The position numbers were made by a program, and so were the translations under genes. A DNA stretch of 62,768 bases, filler included, from Collodictyon triciliatum (lineage: Eukaryota): NCBI GenBank assembly GCA_043381765.1. It is 14 parts of 14 records of this genome, joined end to end, with 100 filler letters (N's around TTAATTAATTAA, not from the genome) between each part and the next. Parts side by side here need not be neighbours in the genome. Positions count along the whole stretch, not along the records: positions 26,197 to 30,641 come from JBHJMP010006088.1; positions 30,742 to 35,185 come from JBHJMP010006089.1; positions 35,286 to 39,729 come from JBHJMP010006090.1; positions 39,830 to 44,273 come from JBHJMP010006091.1; positions 44,374 to 52,381 come from JBHJMP010006092.1; 9 more parts are not named here. One strand, 5' to 3'. Positions within the stretch are counted from its first letter, which is position 1; every line of letters begins with the position of its first letter. Shown here piece after piece: positions 27,299 to 44,508 of the stretch. Below the pieces are notes generated by a model, which was given only the letters and a program-made list of their open reading frames with translations, did not search any database and was not told where the DNA came from.

Positions 27299-28015
27299 TT
27301 TCCGTTTTTTTTTTCCCTTGGGACACACATAACCCCGTGCAAGCGTGAGATTTGCGTCACGTCGAACGTTAAGCGTGCATTGCTAGCAAAGCAGCAATGA
27401 TAGTGAAATGAAATAAAGTGAAGTAAAAATAGTTATAGTAACAGCAACAATAACAGAGAATACATGAAGACAAAACCCTCTTGAATATCCCAAATGTTTC
27501 CACGCAACACACAATATGTAAGTTTTTTTTTCTTGCAAAATTATGTGTATCCAATTCATTTATTTTTTCTTCGATATATTGCTTTGAGGGAGTATTTTTT
27601 TTTTTTTTTTTTTTGTTGTTGTTGTTGTAGCGTAGTAATTGCTATGATGGTTGTTAACTCGTAAGCAAGAGATTCACGTACAATACGTTCATCAATCGTG
27701 AGATGACAACCCCCAGCAGCTGTTTTTTTTTTTTTTTTTTTTTTTCCTTCTTGATGGAAAAACCCAAAAATAAAAATAGAAAAGACGAAAAAGAGGCAAA
27801 ACAAGACAAAAAAAAAAAAAAAAAAAAAGAAATACATAATGTGAATGAAGGCAGAAGGTAATTTGCAAACAAAATAAGGAGGCGGAATCGGATGATAAAC
27901 AGAAGGAAATTGTGTAAAATAATATTAAAAAAAAAAGGAAAAGGAAAAAGTAATTGAAAAGGAAAGTCGCTTCTCGGGGAGTGATGGAATATCATTGGGT
28001 TGAGACTACCGCGAA

Positions 28016-30452
28016 TCAAACGTTGCTCTCTGTGGTGCTTGCGCCATCCAATGATTCGGATGCTTGCGGGGCCACAGGCAACTCGGCTGCCATTTGCCGT
28101 CTCACAGACGGAGTGGTTGTTGCTGCTTGGTGTATGAAGCTATTAACCTCCGCCACAAGCGCATCGCTTGGAACATACACGCGAGGAATGTGAAAACGAG
28201 CAAGCTTAGGATTTGAATGGTGAATCCTGTCCGACTCTATAGACTCTAATTGTTGCGTAACTTTGTTGCCGTGGCACCTCCACCACGCCAGACACATCTA
28301 CCCACAACCAACCGAAGAGCATTTGATTACATAAAAGTATTCAAATAAGATTAGAATCCCACCACAGCCAAAAGAGATCATAGAGCTCTGCTCAGTCAAT
28401 ATATGCACTGCGAGGAAATCAATTTCCAATACACCAGGACAATTCACTCAATATAAATGCAATCATGTGACTAATACTCCATTCTTTCTCTTTCTTCTTT
28501 TTCTTAAGCCAAAGTTACCTCCTGTGTGTAAATCGCTCCGTGGAATAGTACCGCTTGAATTAGAAAAGGATTGGCCTGTATATCCCTTGTGATATATATA
28601 CGGACATTGCCCTGGGATAGAAATGGAAACGTTATGAATAACATTCTTTTCTTTGTGAAAAAAAAACTTCATGGAAAATCTTTTCATTGTTATGGAGAAA
28701 TCTAGTGATCAGACTTATACCTGCTCATAGGTTTTATATTCCATGTGAGGCAGCGAATCAAAAGGTATGGATCGAAATGGAGCAACATTAAGAGAAATCC
28801 ACTCTGTCCATTTGTAGTGATATTCAAACTACGATAAATGTCGCACTAATAAATACAAATATGTGGCATATTAATCATCGGGATAAAAAAAATGACAGAA
28901 TGGCTCGGTAAACATGAGTACTGTTGGATCTGGGGACGGAGGAGACAAAGCAGAGTCAATTCCATCAGATAATAGAGTGCCGTAGCCAAATGAGCTTTCC
29001 TACATTTTTTTTTATATTTCAATTTTTTACTTCAATTTTTTTTGTTTGCCTCTGTGCATTCTGTATTTTCTTTATAATTCACATATTTTGTATAAAAGAA
29101 CAAAAAAAAATTGTATCAAGAGACCTAAAAAAATATACTGATTATACTGACATATGAAAATGAGATAGTATGTCGAAATGCATGTACAATTATCCTTACA
29201 AAATTGTATCTGTGAGGGAGAGGTGAATCAGTCATAGAAAAATTCATGAACAGAGATTGTGTTGGACCTCCCGTTTGGTTAAATAAAACTCCGGAATCTG
29301 GATGAACCTTTGAAGATAATCGAAACATTGATTGCCCTGATATAATAGATTTCTTATTTGCATTCGCGAACTTCTGCACATTCTCAGAGCGGGCGAATGC
29401 TGACGCAGATGAATGGAAAAACTCTTTGACGATATCATGTCCTCTCTTTTTGCCTCTTGGTTCTGTCCCTTGGTTATCGTGCAGTGAAGCTACTCTTTTA
29501 GTAGTCTGACTTGGTACGGGCGATTCAGTGGGTGATACTGAAAGCGTTGGTAAAGAAATAAAATCTGCTGATATGCACTTATTCGAGTCAGTTTCACATT
29601 CTCCCACGTAGTGAAAGTCATGAAGGGCGTATTTTTTTGGTTTTCGTGATGGGTTGCGCTCTTGTCTGACTTGTGCCTACAAAGACGTATATGAATTTAA
29701 AGATAGGGGTAAAAGACAATAATTAAACCAGAATATGGGTTCATAGCTACTTTCTTGCTCATATATTCTATTGATATTATTAGAATACTACAATTAAGCA
29801 ATACCGATTTTGCAACGTAATCCCTGCATATGGATATAATCTAATATTTTGTATTTGTTCATATGAACAAGAATTAATAATTACAAGCTACATCTAAACA
29901 AGGCTACTCTTAATCCACAACAAAAAATTCGTATGAACTAAAATCGAGCTTAATTTTCTATTGTGTATCTTATATGGGGTTAATAGATCAGTGGTATTTA
30001 CTTCGGGTTTAATCCTGGTGACATATATTTTGCTGGGATCCAAAACAACGAATCCATTAATCACTCGTACACATGTGCTACCGCCATCTTCTATAATTTC
30101 AACGTATGGACTCCATCTGGGATTAATTTTTCGTAAAAATAATAATAATTGCGTTTATTAAGATAAGCAATAATGTGATGTTTCTATTCTTTGCCGTTTT
30201 CTACTAGTTTTAGATAATCATAATCATAACCAAAAGCATTATACTCATAATCATAAAGAAACCTTCCGAATTGTTTGGCGACATATAGTCTATTTTTTGT
30301 CAATAATCGGTATTTATCTCCATCAATCACTGCTATTGATTGCTTCGTATTTCGTGTTTGCATCACTGTTACTCGACTCTTTTTTTTGGTTGATTGCCCA
30401 GCAATAGAAGAAGCGATATTTTGAGAATCTTCCTTCTCGTCATCGTCTCTAT
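28016..30452 (-). CDS. Hypothetical multi-exon protein, 3' part
   Basis: Series of open GT-AG-bounded exons (DDDEKEDSQNIASS..., WSPYVEIIEDGGSTCVRVINGF..., a long S/T-rich exon about 29210-29676, EWISLNVAPF..., GNVRIYITRD..., MCLAWW...ESNV*). No family recognised. Confidence 0.55.
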
Positions 30453-30741
30453 CTGAAGCGTATTAAGGATAGTAAGTGTCGAAGCAACAGCGGTATTAAT
30501 AGAGGTCACCCGATACAGCATCTATTAAACTCATAAACATATTCAAAATCATAAACACAAAAAACAGAAAAAAACAGAAAAAAACAGAAAAAAACAGAAA
30601 AAAACAGAAAAAAACAGAAAAAAACAGAAAAAAAACAGAAANNNNNNNNNNNNNNNNNNNNNNNNNNNNNNNNNNNNNNNNNNNNTTAATTAATTAANNN
30701 NNNNNNNNNNNNNNNNNNNNNNNNNNNNNNNNNNNNNNNNN

Positions 30742-30815
<74 letters not shown>

Positions 30816-30947
30816 ACCCCCCTTCCTTCCCTTGAATCGAATAAAGAGAAAAATATTAACACTACCCTACTTGTATTCCCATTTATAAAAATGTTATTAC
30901 TGGGCGACTAAGAATTCCTCAAACTCTGAGGCACCCAGTATTCGCCG

Positions 30948-33383
30948 ATGGATGTCGATTTCACAGGAGCGGATCATAATCCAACAAAGTCGAATCCATT
31001 GTCTTCGGAAAGCACAACTGGCTTCAGTTCCTCCTCTATCGCCACTGGTGCTTATCCATCTTCATCCGCACTCAAGACACAGTTCAAAACCCCTGAAGGT
31101 CGCTACAGATACTTGCGAGAGTTCGGGCATCCCAATGGGAAGCCAAACGTCAGTGCACAGAAACCCACGCGCATTCAGTTCCTTTACCTGAATCACCGAA
31201 CTACAGCTGCAGAGCCCAATGTAGACCCACTTCAGGCCAAAGTCCTTCCTCCGCCTCTGTGTCCTCCGTCTCCAATGCGGCTTTATGTCTCATATAACAT
31301 CAATGAGTCTCTCTTCGTAAATGACTTCAATGGAAACGAACAGGTTTTTTTTTCATTCAAATGAACACATTCTCGCAGTTTGATGTTGAAACCCTCATTT
31401 CTAGATGTTGCATTAAAATCACATGCTCGACTGATTCATCGCACTCGTACTGAATGGTTTCTAGGTAACTCTAGAAAATTACCGATTGAGGTCGGCATAC
31501 CCGACATCCCACGCCATGATTCCATCGACTGTGCTGTCAAAAAGTGGTCAAGTGGGGATATTCCTTCTGATTGGATTTTCCACAGGAGAAATTTTTCTTC
31601 AAGACCCTGTCCAAAAATCTGTCAATAATCAGTACAACAAAGATGTATTAATTGTTTTAGATTATTCCCGGCTCATGCAGAAGACCAGAACAAAGTGTTT
31701 CAAAACATTTTGAAATCGAAATTCTTTTATTTTAATGTAAACATAACTGAATTTTCTTTGTATTGTATCACATATAGGGCTCTATCACACCATCAAGGGT
31801 AAATGCAGTCAGATGGCTGGGCACAACAAGCACTATATTCGTATCTGCTCATAGCGATGGTAGCTTGGTATTTTGGGATAGTAATCGAGAAGGAGAACAA
31901 CCACTGCAGGCACCTTCTCGAGAAACAGAGAGGTATATTACTTTTATTCTGTAATGTCTTTTAATTTATTTGTTTCTCTGATTGGATCACATGATAAACG
32001 ACTTGATACCCTTATTTCACACAAAAGGTTTTTTGTGACAAAATCAAAGAACCTAAAGACTAATCCCGTATCGAAATGGGCTATTGGCACCTCTGCTATC
32101 AAAGATATCCTTTTCATGATCTCCTCTGCAATTTCCTAAATAAAAGGGCTGAAATACTGTCTGCGTATAATATATGTGTACTGTCTCCCTCATGCTACAA
32201 TCATTTATTTTCGTATTGTAAAATAATGGATAATTTTCCTTTACCCCAAAAATACATGTGGCTTTTTCTCCGGACGAAAAACATTTCGCGACTGCTGGCT
32301 CGGACGGATTTCTTCGCGTCTTTGATTATGAGCAGGATAGGTTAATTTCTTCTTCATCTTTATTTTATTGTTATTTCATCTTTATTTCATCTTTATTTCA
32401 TTGCTATTTCATTGCTATTTCATTGCTATTTCATTGCTATTTCATTGTTATTTCATCTTTATTTCATTGTTATTTCATTGTTATTTCATTGTTATTTCAT
32501 TGTTATTTCATTGTTATTTCATTGTTATTTCATTGTTATTTCATTGTTATTTCATTGTTATTTCATCTTTATTTCATCTTTATTTCATCTTTACTTCTTT
32601 GTTGTTTTTCATCTTGTTTGATTTCTTGTTTGGTTTCTTGTTTGGTTTCTTGTTTGGTTTCTTGTTTGGTTTCTTGTTTGGTTTCTTTTTTACGAAAGAA
32701 GGGCGCCGTACGTTTTCTATTATTATTCTTCCTTTCAAATTTGTGCAAGATGGTGGGGTGTTGGCTTTGGTTCGCTAAGTGCGCCGTAAGTGTAACACTT
32801 TTATTTATTGTGATGCTGATATAGTATCGTGGCAGTATTCAAGAGCTATTATGGGGCTTTCACGTGTCTATGTTGGAGCCCTGATGGGAGATATATCGCT
32901 GTAAATCTCATTCTAAATTACAATGGTTTTCTTTCCATCATCATATTGATTAATTTTTTGATTGGCTGTTGATCTAGGCTGGGGGAGAAGACGACGTTGT
33001 TTCTGTATTCTCCTTTATAGAACGCTCTCTAGTTGCACGAGGGGAAGGACATCGCTCATATGTAAGTATGCTGTATGTATGTGGCATAGAAAAAAATCGA
33101 TACTCAACTCACTACCTTGTAGGTTAGCTCCGTAATGTTTGATCCGTTTCATTGCAAGGACACCACTTACAGAATAGGCTCGGTTGGGCAAGATGGGTTT
33201 CTGCTCCTCTGGGATTTTGCTGTTGAATCACTTTACAAACCCCGAACTGTAATTTATTATTATATATCATATGGAATAACTATTATAATGGTATTGGTAC
33301 ATCCCTTGTTTATGTATTGTTGTTTTTGTTTTGTTTTGTTTTGTTTTGTTTTGTTTTGTTTTGTTTTGTTTTGTTTTGTTTTG

Positions 33384-33414
<31 letters not shown>

Positions 33415-34293
33415 TCGTCTGCTATTTGCTCATGTGTCTTTGGTTTTTATGCGGAATTTTTTTTATTCTTCCTTTCAACTTTATGCGGAATTTTTATTAT
33501 TTATTTATTTCGTGGAAGTTGTGTACTGTGTACGGCATGTGTCTCAATTTCGACATTTATCTCATATAGATTTCAATTGGTTCCCGTCGTGAATCCAGAG
33601 CAATCAATGCCAGTCAGAATACTTCAAACAAGTCATCGATTACTCGACAAGGCTCTATTTCTTCCATAGGAACGCCTTTGATGGAACCCTTTGTTTCTGG
33701 GCGAGTGTTTTCTGAACCTGCGACAGGTATTTGGCATCCTGGTTATTACCATTTTGTGATGAGATATATATATTCATATACAAATGTATTGATTGAGATG
33801 CGAAGCATTGGTATGATTTAACTTAAGAAAATAAAACCTATAATCTAGATTTGGTCTTTCTGGAAGGCTGCATAGTTGTGGCTTGCGTTTCAGGCCATGT
33901 TAAACTGTTCGCAAAGATGAATGTGATACCAGCAGATGAAAAAGTAATTTAAAAAAATAAAAATGTTTATGGTGAAAGATACGCAGTATTTTTTTATTAT
34001 AAATAACTTCTTCATTTTATTGTAAATATTATTGTTTTCTCTTCAATAATACTAAAACAAAACAAAACTAGTTACAACTCGCGAGCGTGAAGGATATAAT
34101 ATCGGAAAATGTATGTGAATTGTATTACATATGACTCCATCACAACTCTAAAATAAATCGCATCAAGCTAATTGGGGTAACTGATCATATTATCACGGTT
34201 ATTTTTTATTTTATTTTATTTTTTTAGCAAACGCCATCCGTTGAGAACACAGTTGAACCAGACACATCAACAAACCAAGATGAAAGTAAATGA
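30948..34293 (+). CDS. WDR20: WD40-repeat protein WDR20/DMWD/CreC family, complete, about 11 exons
   Basis: KTQFKTPEGRY, LLIGFSTGEI, NPVSKWAIG...IKDVAFSPD...GSDGFLRVFDY, FKSYYGAFTCLCWSPDGRYIA/AGGEDD, VARGEGHRSY/VSSVMFDP, YRIGSVGQDGFLLLWD. TGA stop at 34291-34293. Confidence 0.92.
32105..32255 (+). other. U12-type AT-AC intron
   Basis: Begins ATATCCTTTT. Branch-like TTTCCTTTAC at 32235-32244; ends ...AATAC. Removal gives AAA G|AT GTG GCT TTT TCT CCG (K-D-V-A-F-S-P), restoring the WD40 repeat. No GT-AG alternative does this. Confidence 0.93.
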
Positions 34294-35141
34294 TTCCAAA
34301 ATGCACCCGAAAGCAATAAATAACTAAGCAACGTACATATCGAACGCACCTCTATTCAGTGCTCTATTGCCCAAAAAGCAATAGAATCCGCTCACAAGGG
34401 GTTATCCAAGATTGATTGTGCTTCCTTTCATCTCAGCGCCCGACATCACATTTGCTACCCAATAATATATGTCACACAGTTCTAAAATACTCTGGACAGT
34501 AACAAAGGGACATGTGCTGTGGTACTTAAGGAGTGTAAGCGGTGTTTATGGTGGTAATGATTTGATTGAATTAGTCATCAATCTATCCAGGCTGGAAAAC
34601 ATCGTATAACGCTACTTCTTTCATGTTATATGGAAATGCTCGTACATTTTTATTCATATTTATTTATTCATATTTATTTATTCATATTTATGTATTTTGG
34701 CTTATCCTACTCAAGCGGAGATTTGGAAAAGTATCTTTAGGTATCCCCCATCCCACATTTAGCCCTCTTTTCCTACTTGATGAACCAACCATCTGTGTCG
34801 CCCACCTGGTCATTTTTTAATGAATGAATTTTTCCAAATGCGTTGTCCTCTCACTAGTTTCTTACCCGCACCCGCTCGCAATCTCCTGCACATTTCTACA
34901 GTTTGCGTGGCTTTGCCCTCTTGAGCCTCTGGTCGATGAAGAAAATTGAAATCCACATTAGTGCAGCAACACAGAATTTTAGAATCTTACCCCACCCTTT
35001 GTCTGAACAAACCAGGAGAAGCCGCCTTACCCGCGCGCTCTAAAAGGATCGGTGGGAGGCGAGCAACAGCTCACATGTTCACGCCGTTCTTTCTTTTCTT
35101 TCTTTTCTTTCTTTTCTTTCTTTTCTTTCTTTTCTTTCTTT

Positions 35142-35185
<44 letters not shown>

Positions 35186-35286
35186 NNNNNNNNNNNNNNN
35201 NNNNNNNNNNNNNNNNNNNNNNNNNNNNNTTAATTAATTAANNNNNNNNNNNNNNNNNNNNNNNNNNNNNNNNNNNNNNNNNNNNT

Positions 35287-35460
35287 TGTATGGTATTGTA
35301 TGGTATTGTATGGTATTGTATGGTATTGTATGGTATTGTATGGTATTGTATGGTATTGTATGGTATTGTATGGTATTGTATGGTATTGTATGGTATTGTA
35401 TGGTATTGTATGGTATTGTATGGTATTGTATGGTATTGTATGGTATTGTATGGTATGGTA
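35287..35460 (+). repeat. (TGTATGGTAT)n tandem repeat
   Basis: Perfect 10-mer array at a scaffold start. Confidence 0.95.
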
Positions 35461-36301
35461 GATTATTCGGGTGTAGAGCTGCACCGTTAGGCACATAGTT
35501 GAATAATAGTCATCACGATGGAATATGCCCAATTTGTCGTTTCTTTTTCTTATTTTCCGTCTATTGTACTATCGTCTTTTTTTTTTCTTTCGAGTTTTCA
35601 GTTCATGCCTTGTAAAAGGCGTTTGCAAATTAAACTTGTGCAAAAGTGTTCAACTAACCCTCTCCGTTGATGGAAGCTCCAGCGTCCATCTTGATGGAAG
35701 CAGGTCCGGATTGTTTGAAGCTGGAGGGGAGAAAGGGGAAAAAAAAAAAAAGGAAATATTTTATACAGCTCAAGAGAGTCTTCAAAAAGTGAAAAACTAC
35801 AAGCAAGTAGGAAAAGGAAAGAAATCGCCCGAGTGTGAATAAGGGCTTCCATGTCACCCAGCAAACACTCCAGCCCTCAAGCGGAACAAGTTGTTGCCTT
35901 TGCTCTGAACGCCCTTCCGAGGCGAGTGGGTGCGTCTCAAGTGAGAGAGAAGCTATCAGTCTCCAAGCCCCAAGCAGACACTCCGCTCTTGCGGTCACAG
36001 AGCTGCGGTCCGGTCTTGTGCTTTGCACCTTCGCACGAATCAGGGTTCCTTCTATTCGACACAGCAAGAAGCAAGAACCTGGCTCAAGTGCTGAATGAGG
36101 GAAAAAGGAAACTGCAAATTATACCGCTTCATTGCTTTTCTGGAGTTCTATTCTTGGGAAGTGAATGCAAAATTTAAGTCCATTATCTAATTTTGGATTA
36201 GGGCTGAATCGACTGCCACCGCCGTGTTTTCTTTTCCTAGTTTGATAGCCAGCGCCTAAACTATTTCTTCTCCGTTTGCATGAGTTTATTAATTATATTG
36301 A

Positions 36302-36393
<92 letters not shown>

Positions 36394-36798
36394 AAAGCCG
36401 AGGAAATCGTCTTCACCTCTAGGAAAAAATGAGCTGTTGATAAATAAGTGGAAAGCCCCGAGTTGTGCGGTTGGAGTTTTTGTGTTTTGGGTGGAAAAAG
36501 AAAAAAAGAAAAAAAGAAAAAAGAAAAAAAGAAAAAAAGAAAAAAAGAAGATAGAATGGAGAGAAAGTGTTCTCACACGCAGACTATTCTACCCGAGGTG
36601 AATCAGCTCCAACGCGATTTCTGGTTGCATTCGAGACTGACAGAAGAGCGGATATAGTCGTCGGGTCGATGAAAGTACGCACACTGCATTTACTTCTCAA
36701 ATCGATTCCGACGAGTCCTTTCGACCATCTATCTCAGACAAGGTTTTCATCCTATTTCATTCCACAGGATGAGTCTTTTGAGGGGACAACGGGTCACT

Positions 36799-37430
36799 TT
36801 ACTTGCGTTTCTTGCTGGGCGACTCTGATAAAAAGCGATACATCGTTGTTTGTCTGGTATTCGCGGTAGTGGCGCTTGACCGTCCCCTGGCATCGGGACC
36901 ATGCGTAGCCAGCAGTGGACTTTACTTCACCGGGGTATGGATACGCATTTGTGGTTTTAGAAACATATGCTCCTGCTTGCTCGGACTGTCTTTGGTGTGT
37001 GAAGTTCCAATCTTGGATTTTACTTGTGCTTGCTCTTGCTCCTTGGTTCTCGGCACAATGAGCTGGGGCAGAGTAAACGGACTATCTTTGGTGGGCGCTG
37101 GTTCTTGTGTTGCCTTCGCATTGGAGTATCCTTTCGGATAAGTAACGAAGACTGCCTTGATGCCTCCAATCCAAACCACATTCACGTCAGTCTGAATGGG
37201 TAGTTTAAGGGGGGATTTCTTTCGGGGTTTGGAGATGCGCTGCTCTTGGGTCTTGCGATGTGCGGGCTTGCCCAGCGTTGGCGGTGGAGGGCTCGAATGT
37301 GCGAGGATTCTGAAGAGGAACCGAGATTTCCTTCCATGTCATCGTCGCTGTCGCTGTATGTGCGTATCTGCTGTGGGTCTTGAGGATTCAGTTGTTGCCT
37401 GGCCTTGGCTTCCTTGACCCCGTTGCTGCC
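36799..37430 (-). pseudogene. Degenerate intronless ORF with internal repeats and a C-terminal PIP-box/NLS-like end
   Basis: One frame reads QQRGQGSQG...QRQRR*HGRK...TKDSP...TKDSP...TPVK*SPLL...RQTTMYRFLSESPSKKRK*, with internal TGA (37339-37341) and TAA (36922-36924). GC-richer than its flanks. Confidence 0.35.
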
Positions 37431-37619
37431 TGATTTCCTGGATTATACTTTCTGCTTGACACACAGAACATTGAATAATGGGTCAAAAACGCAATTTTTC
37501 TTTCAATCTATCAATCTATTCGTTTTGTGCTGTTCTTCGCTTTATTATTTTCCCAAGCTGGAAGTATTAGTAGCACTCCTCATTTTCTCGGAAACCGCAA
37601 TGGAATCGGGGATACTTCA

Positions 37620-39197
37620 TCAACATTCGAGGTCAGCCGGGCGATCAGGTTGGTTCCTGTAGAATGAAATAAAAGTGATGAATCTGTCAAATGAGCATGA
37701 ATAATGCTAGTAAATGCATGTAGGGTACGGTTGGGCTCATATGAAAAAAAAATAGATTCGTGTATTGGTATTCATCACTTGCCCTTCACCTTGGCATACA
37801 AATAATTGACGAAGAAAAATAAAGGCGGGGGAAGAGTCAGATAATCTATAAAAGGATGACAATTCTAACCGAGGGTGGGCTGCATCGAATTCAGGTATTT
37901 TGGCCAGTTCGGCGTTGATACGAGAGATGACGGGATATTTTTCCATATCGACAGAGAATCTCAGGGCGTTGTATACCTTACATGAAATGGAGTAATATTG
38001 CATATCAAATCATCACCCAAAAAAGTCGTATAATTTAACCAGGACGAGCACCTTCACATGTTATAGAGGAATGGTTACTTGAGGAACCAAGCAAACATCT
38101 GCCAGGGTAACCTCGTCTCCGACACAAAACTTTCCTGATGTTTCACCCAATACCTTTTCCAACCCTGAGCATCAAATGTTCGCATCAAAAAAAAAAAAAA
38201 AAAGAAGTATTACTTACAAAACTGTGCTTTCAGTGTCAAAATAAAAAAAATTAAAACATACGCGGACAGAGGGAAAAAAGAAAGAAAAAGAAAGATATAT
38301 CATGCTACAACACCGACATACCATCAAAGTTTACTTCAATCCAGTGTTTTGCCCATTCATTCTTTTTCTCGCCGACCATTTTCAACACACGAAGATTTTG
38401 TATGGGTTGGGTATCACAGGCAATAATGTTTACAACTTGGCGCACACGCGAACGAAGGAAGGGGTCTCTGCAATCACAAAGCTTTTTAGTCTCAAGATAA
38501 CAATTTTGTGGACTAATATTAGCTATTTTTTTATATACTCTGTATGATCAGCACACAAGCTTTTGTTTGATGGCAAGATGAAACTAATCATCTGCAGGCT
38601 ATATATTTTATCGTTGTAATGATCGCTTATATTGTTGGTATCACTCTTTTTTATGTGTATTATGGTCCAGTTTACGTCGGGAGAAGCGCTGGACTGGGGC
38701 GTGTCTCTTCCAAGTATTCCATAATAGCAACACTTTGTCTATTTCGTACAGAAAATGAGATAGGTTCATTAATGTTGCATTTTTTTTTTCTTGTGAATCG
38801 GAAAGATTTTCAGTTTGTTCTGAATTGAATTCATCTGGCATCGATAATAGTTAAAGTAACCAGCGTTGGCAAAGAGGGCCCATTCAAGGCTTTACAGAGA
38901 GGGCGGGTGAGCTAGATACCGGAAAGTATGGCCGTCGATGTGGAGTGTGGGAACAGTCCTTGTCGGATTCAAAGCAGCATATTCTTCCTCCAGTTGGGAA
39001 TTCTTTAGGAGGTTTATGGCCGAGTATTCGTAAGGGATAGACTTCCAGTTCAGCACGATGCGGACGCGCCAAGAGCATGACGATCGAAAGTACGACCAGA
39101 GAATAGTCTGATTTGCGGCAAAAGAAGATCAATATGCAGCTCTTCCGGATATGAGACTAGCGACAGAGACAAGAGAAACACTCACCTTATCACCCAT
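37620..39197 (-). CDS. GSTZ1: Glutathione S-transferase zeta / maleylacetoacetate isomerase, complete, 7 exons
   Basis: [26 protein letters not shown]...[14 protein letters not shown]../[14 protein letters not shown]../[14 protein letters not shown]../[26 protein letters not shown]...AAHP/NQPD...* (TGA). The SSCSWRVR motif is diagnostic. Confidence 0.95.
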
Positions 39198-39829
39198 GAG
39201 AACACGTTGTGGTTTTATTGCAGTCTCTTTTTTTCGTTTGAAGCGGCGTGAGTTTGCAGGAAGGTGACTGGCTTGGGGAGAAATAACCCATGACAGAAAC
39301 GAACAGCAAAGCGAGGAGCACAGAAACACAGATAAAAACACAGCGACAGATACGCCAGAGGGCGGTGACTGAAATGTTCATTGGATTTGTTAAAATATGG
39401 AATATACATATATTGCTTTATTTAGGCCTAATTCTGCCATATGATTCCGTAATATAGTACATTTAATATTGATATATAAATCAATAGATTGTAGAGAAGT
39501 GTGGAGGGTAAAGGTGTTTTCCATTGTCCTCCGCCGCATCATGCCCAGGAATCACGATTCCTTTCAGATCATTGGTTGGCTCAACCGCTGTGTCTTTGGC
39601 TACGGCCGAGGGTGGACAAAAACAGTCTAAACCAAGCAACCATCAACAAAAAACACAAAAAACACAAAAAACACAAAAAACACAAAAAACACAAAAAACA
39701 CAAAAAACACAAAAAACACAAAAAACACANNNNNNNNNNNNNNNNNNNNNNNNNNNNNNNNNNNNNNNNNNNNTTAATTAATTAANNNNNNNNNNNNNNN
39801 NNNNNNNNNNNNNNNNNNNNNNNNNNNNN

Positions 39830-40115
39830 AAATAATAAAGAATAAATAACAAAGAATAAATAATAAATAATAAAGAATAAATAATAATAAATAATAATAA
39901 ATAATAAATAATAATAAATAATAAATAATAAATAATAATAATAAATAATAAATAATAAATAATAATAAATAATAATAAATAATAAATAATAATAAATAAT
40001 AAATAATAAATAATAATAATAAATAATAAATAATAAATAATAAATAATAAATAATAAATAATAAATAATAAATAATAAATAATAAATAATAAATAATAAT
40101 AAATAATAAATAAGA
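39830..40115 (+). repeat. (AATA/AAT)n AT-only low-complexity repeat
   Basis: Degenerate ATAAATA array at a scaffold start. Confidence 0.9.
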
Positions 40116-40130
40116 ATAAAGTAAAAGAAC

Positions 40131-44067
<3,937 letters not shown>

Positions 44068-44204
44068 CTAAAATCACACCAATTGCAGTTAAACAGAAAA
44101 GAAAAAAAAGAAAAAGAAAAAAGAAAAAAGAGAAAGAAAAAAGAAAAAGAAAAAAGAAAAAGAAAAAGAAAAAGAAAAAAGAGAAAAAAAAAAGAGAAAA
44201 AAAG

Positions 44205-44273
<69 letters not shown>

Positions 44274-44373
44274 NNNNNNNNNNNNNNNNNNNNNNNNNNN
44301 NNNNNNNNNNNNNNNNNTTAATTAATTAANNNNNNNNNNNNNNNNNNNNNNNNNNNNNNNNNNNNNNNNNNNN

Positions 44374-44469
<96 letters not shown>

Positions 44470-44508
44470 TCGCATTCCAAAATTAAGCGCGCTAATTTGA
44501 TATAGAAC

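Noticed and set aside
34380-35060. Minus-strand fragments resembling a small GTPase (LLLVCSDKGWGK, ILLGSKCD)
   Set aside because: The motifs lie in incompatible frames with several stops; no consistent gene model could be built.
37126-37434. Plus-strand GTATCCTTT (37126) followed by TTCCTTGAC (37410) resembling a third U12 intron
   Set aside because: There is no AG or AC acceptor at the expected distance and no credible plus-strand exons; the coding signal lies on the minus strand.
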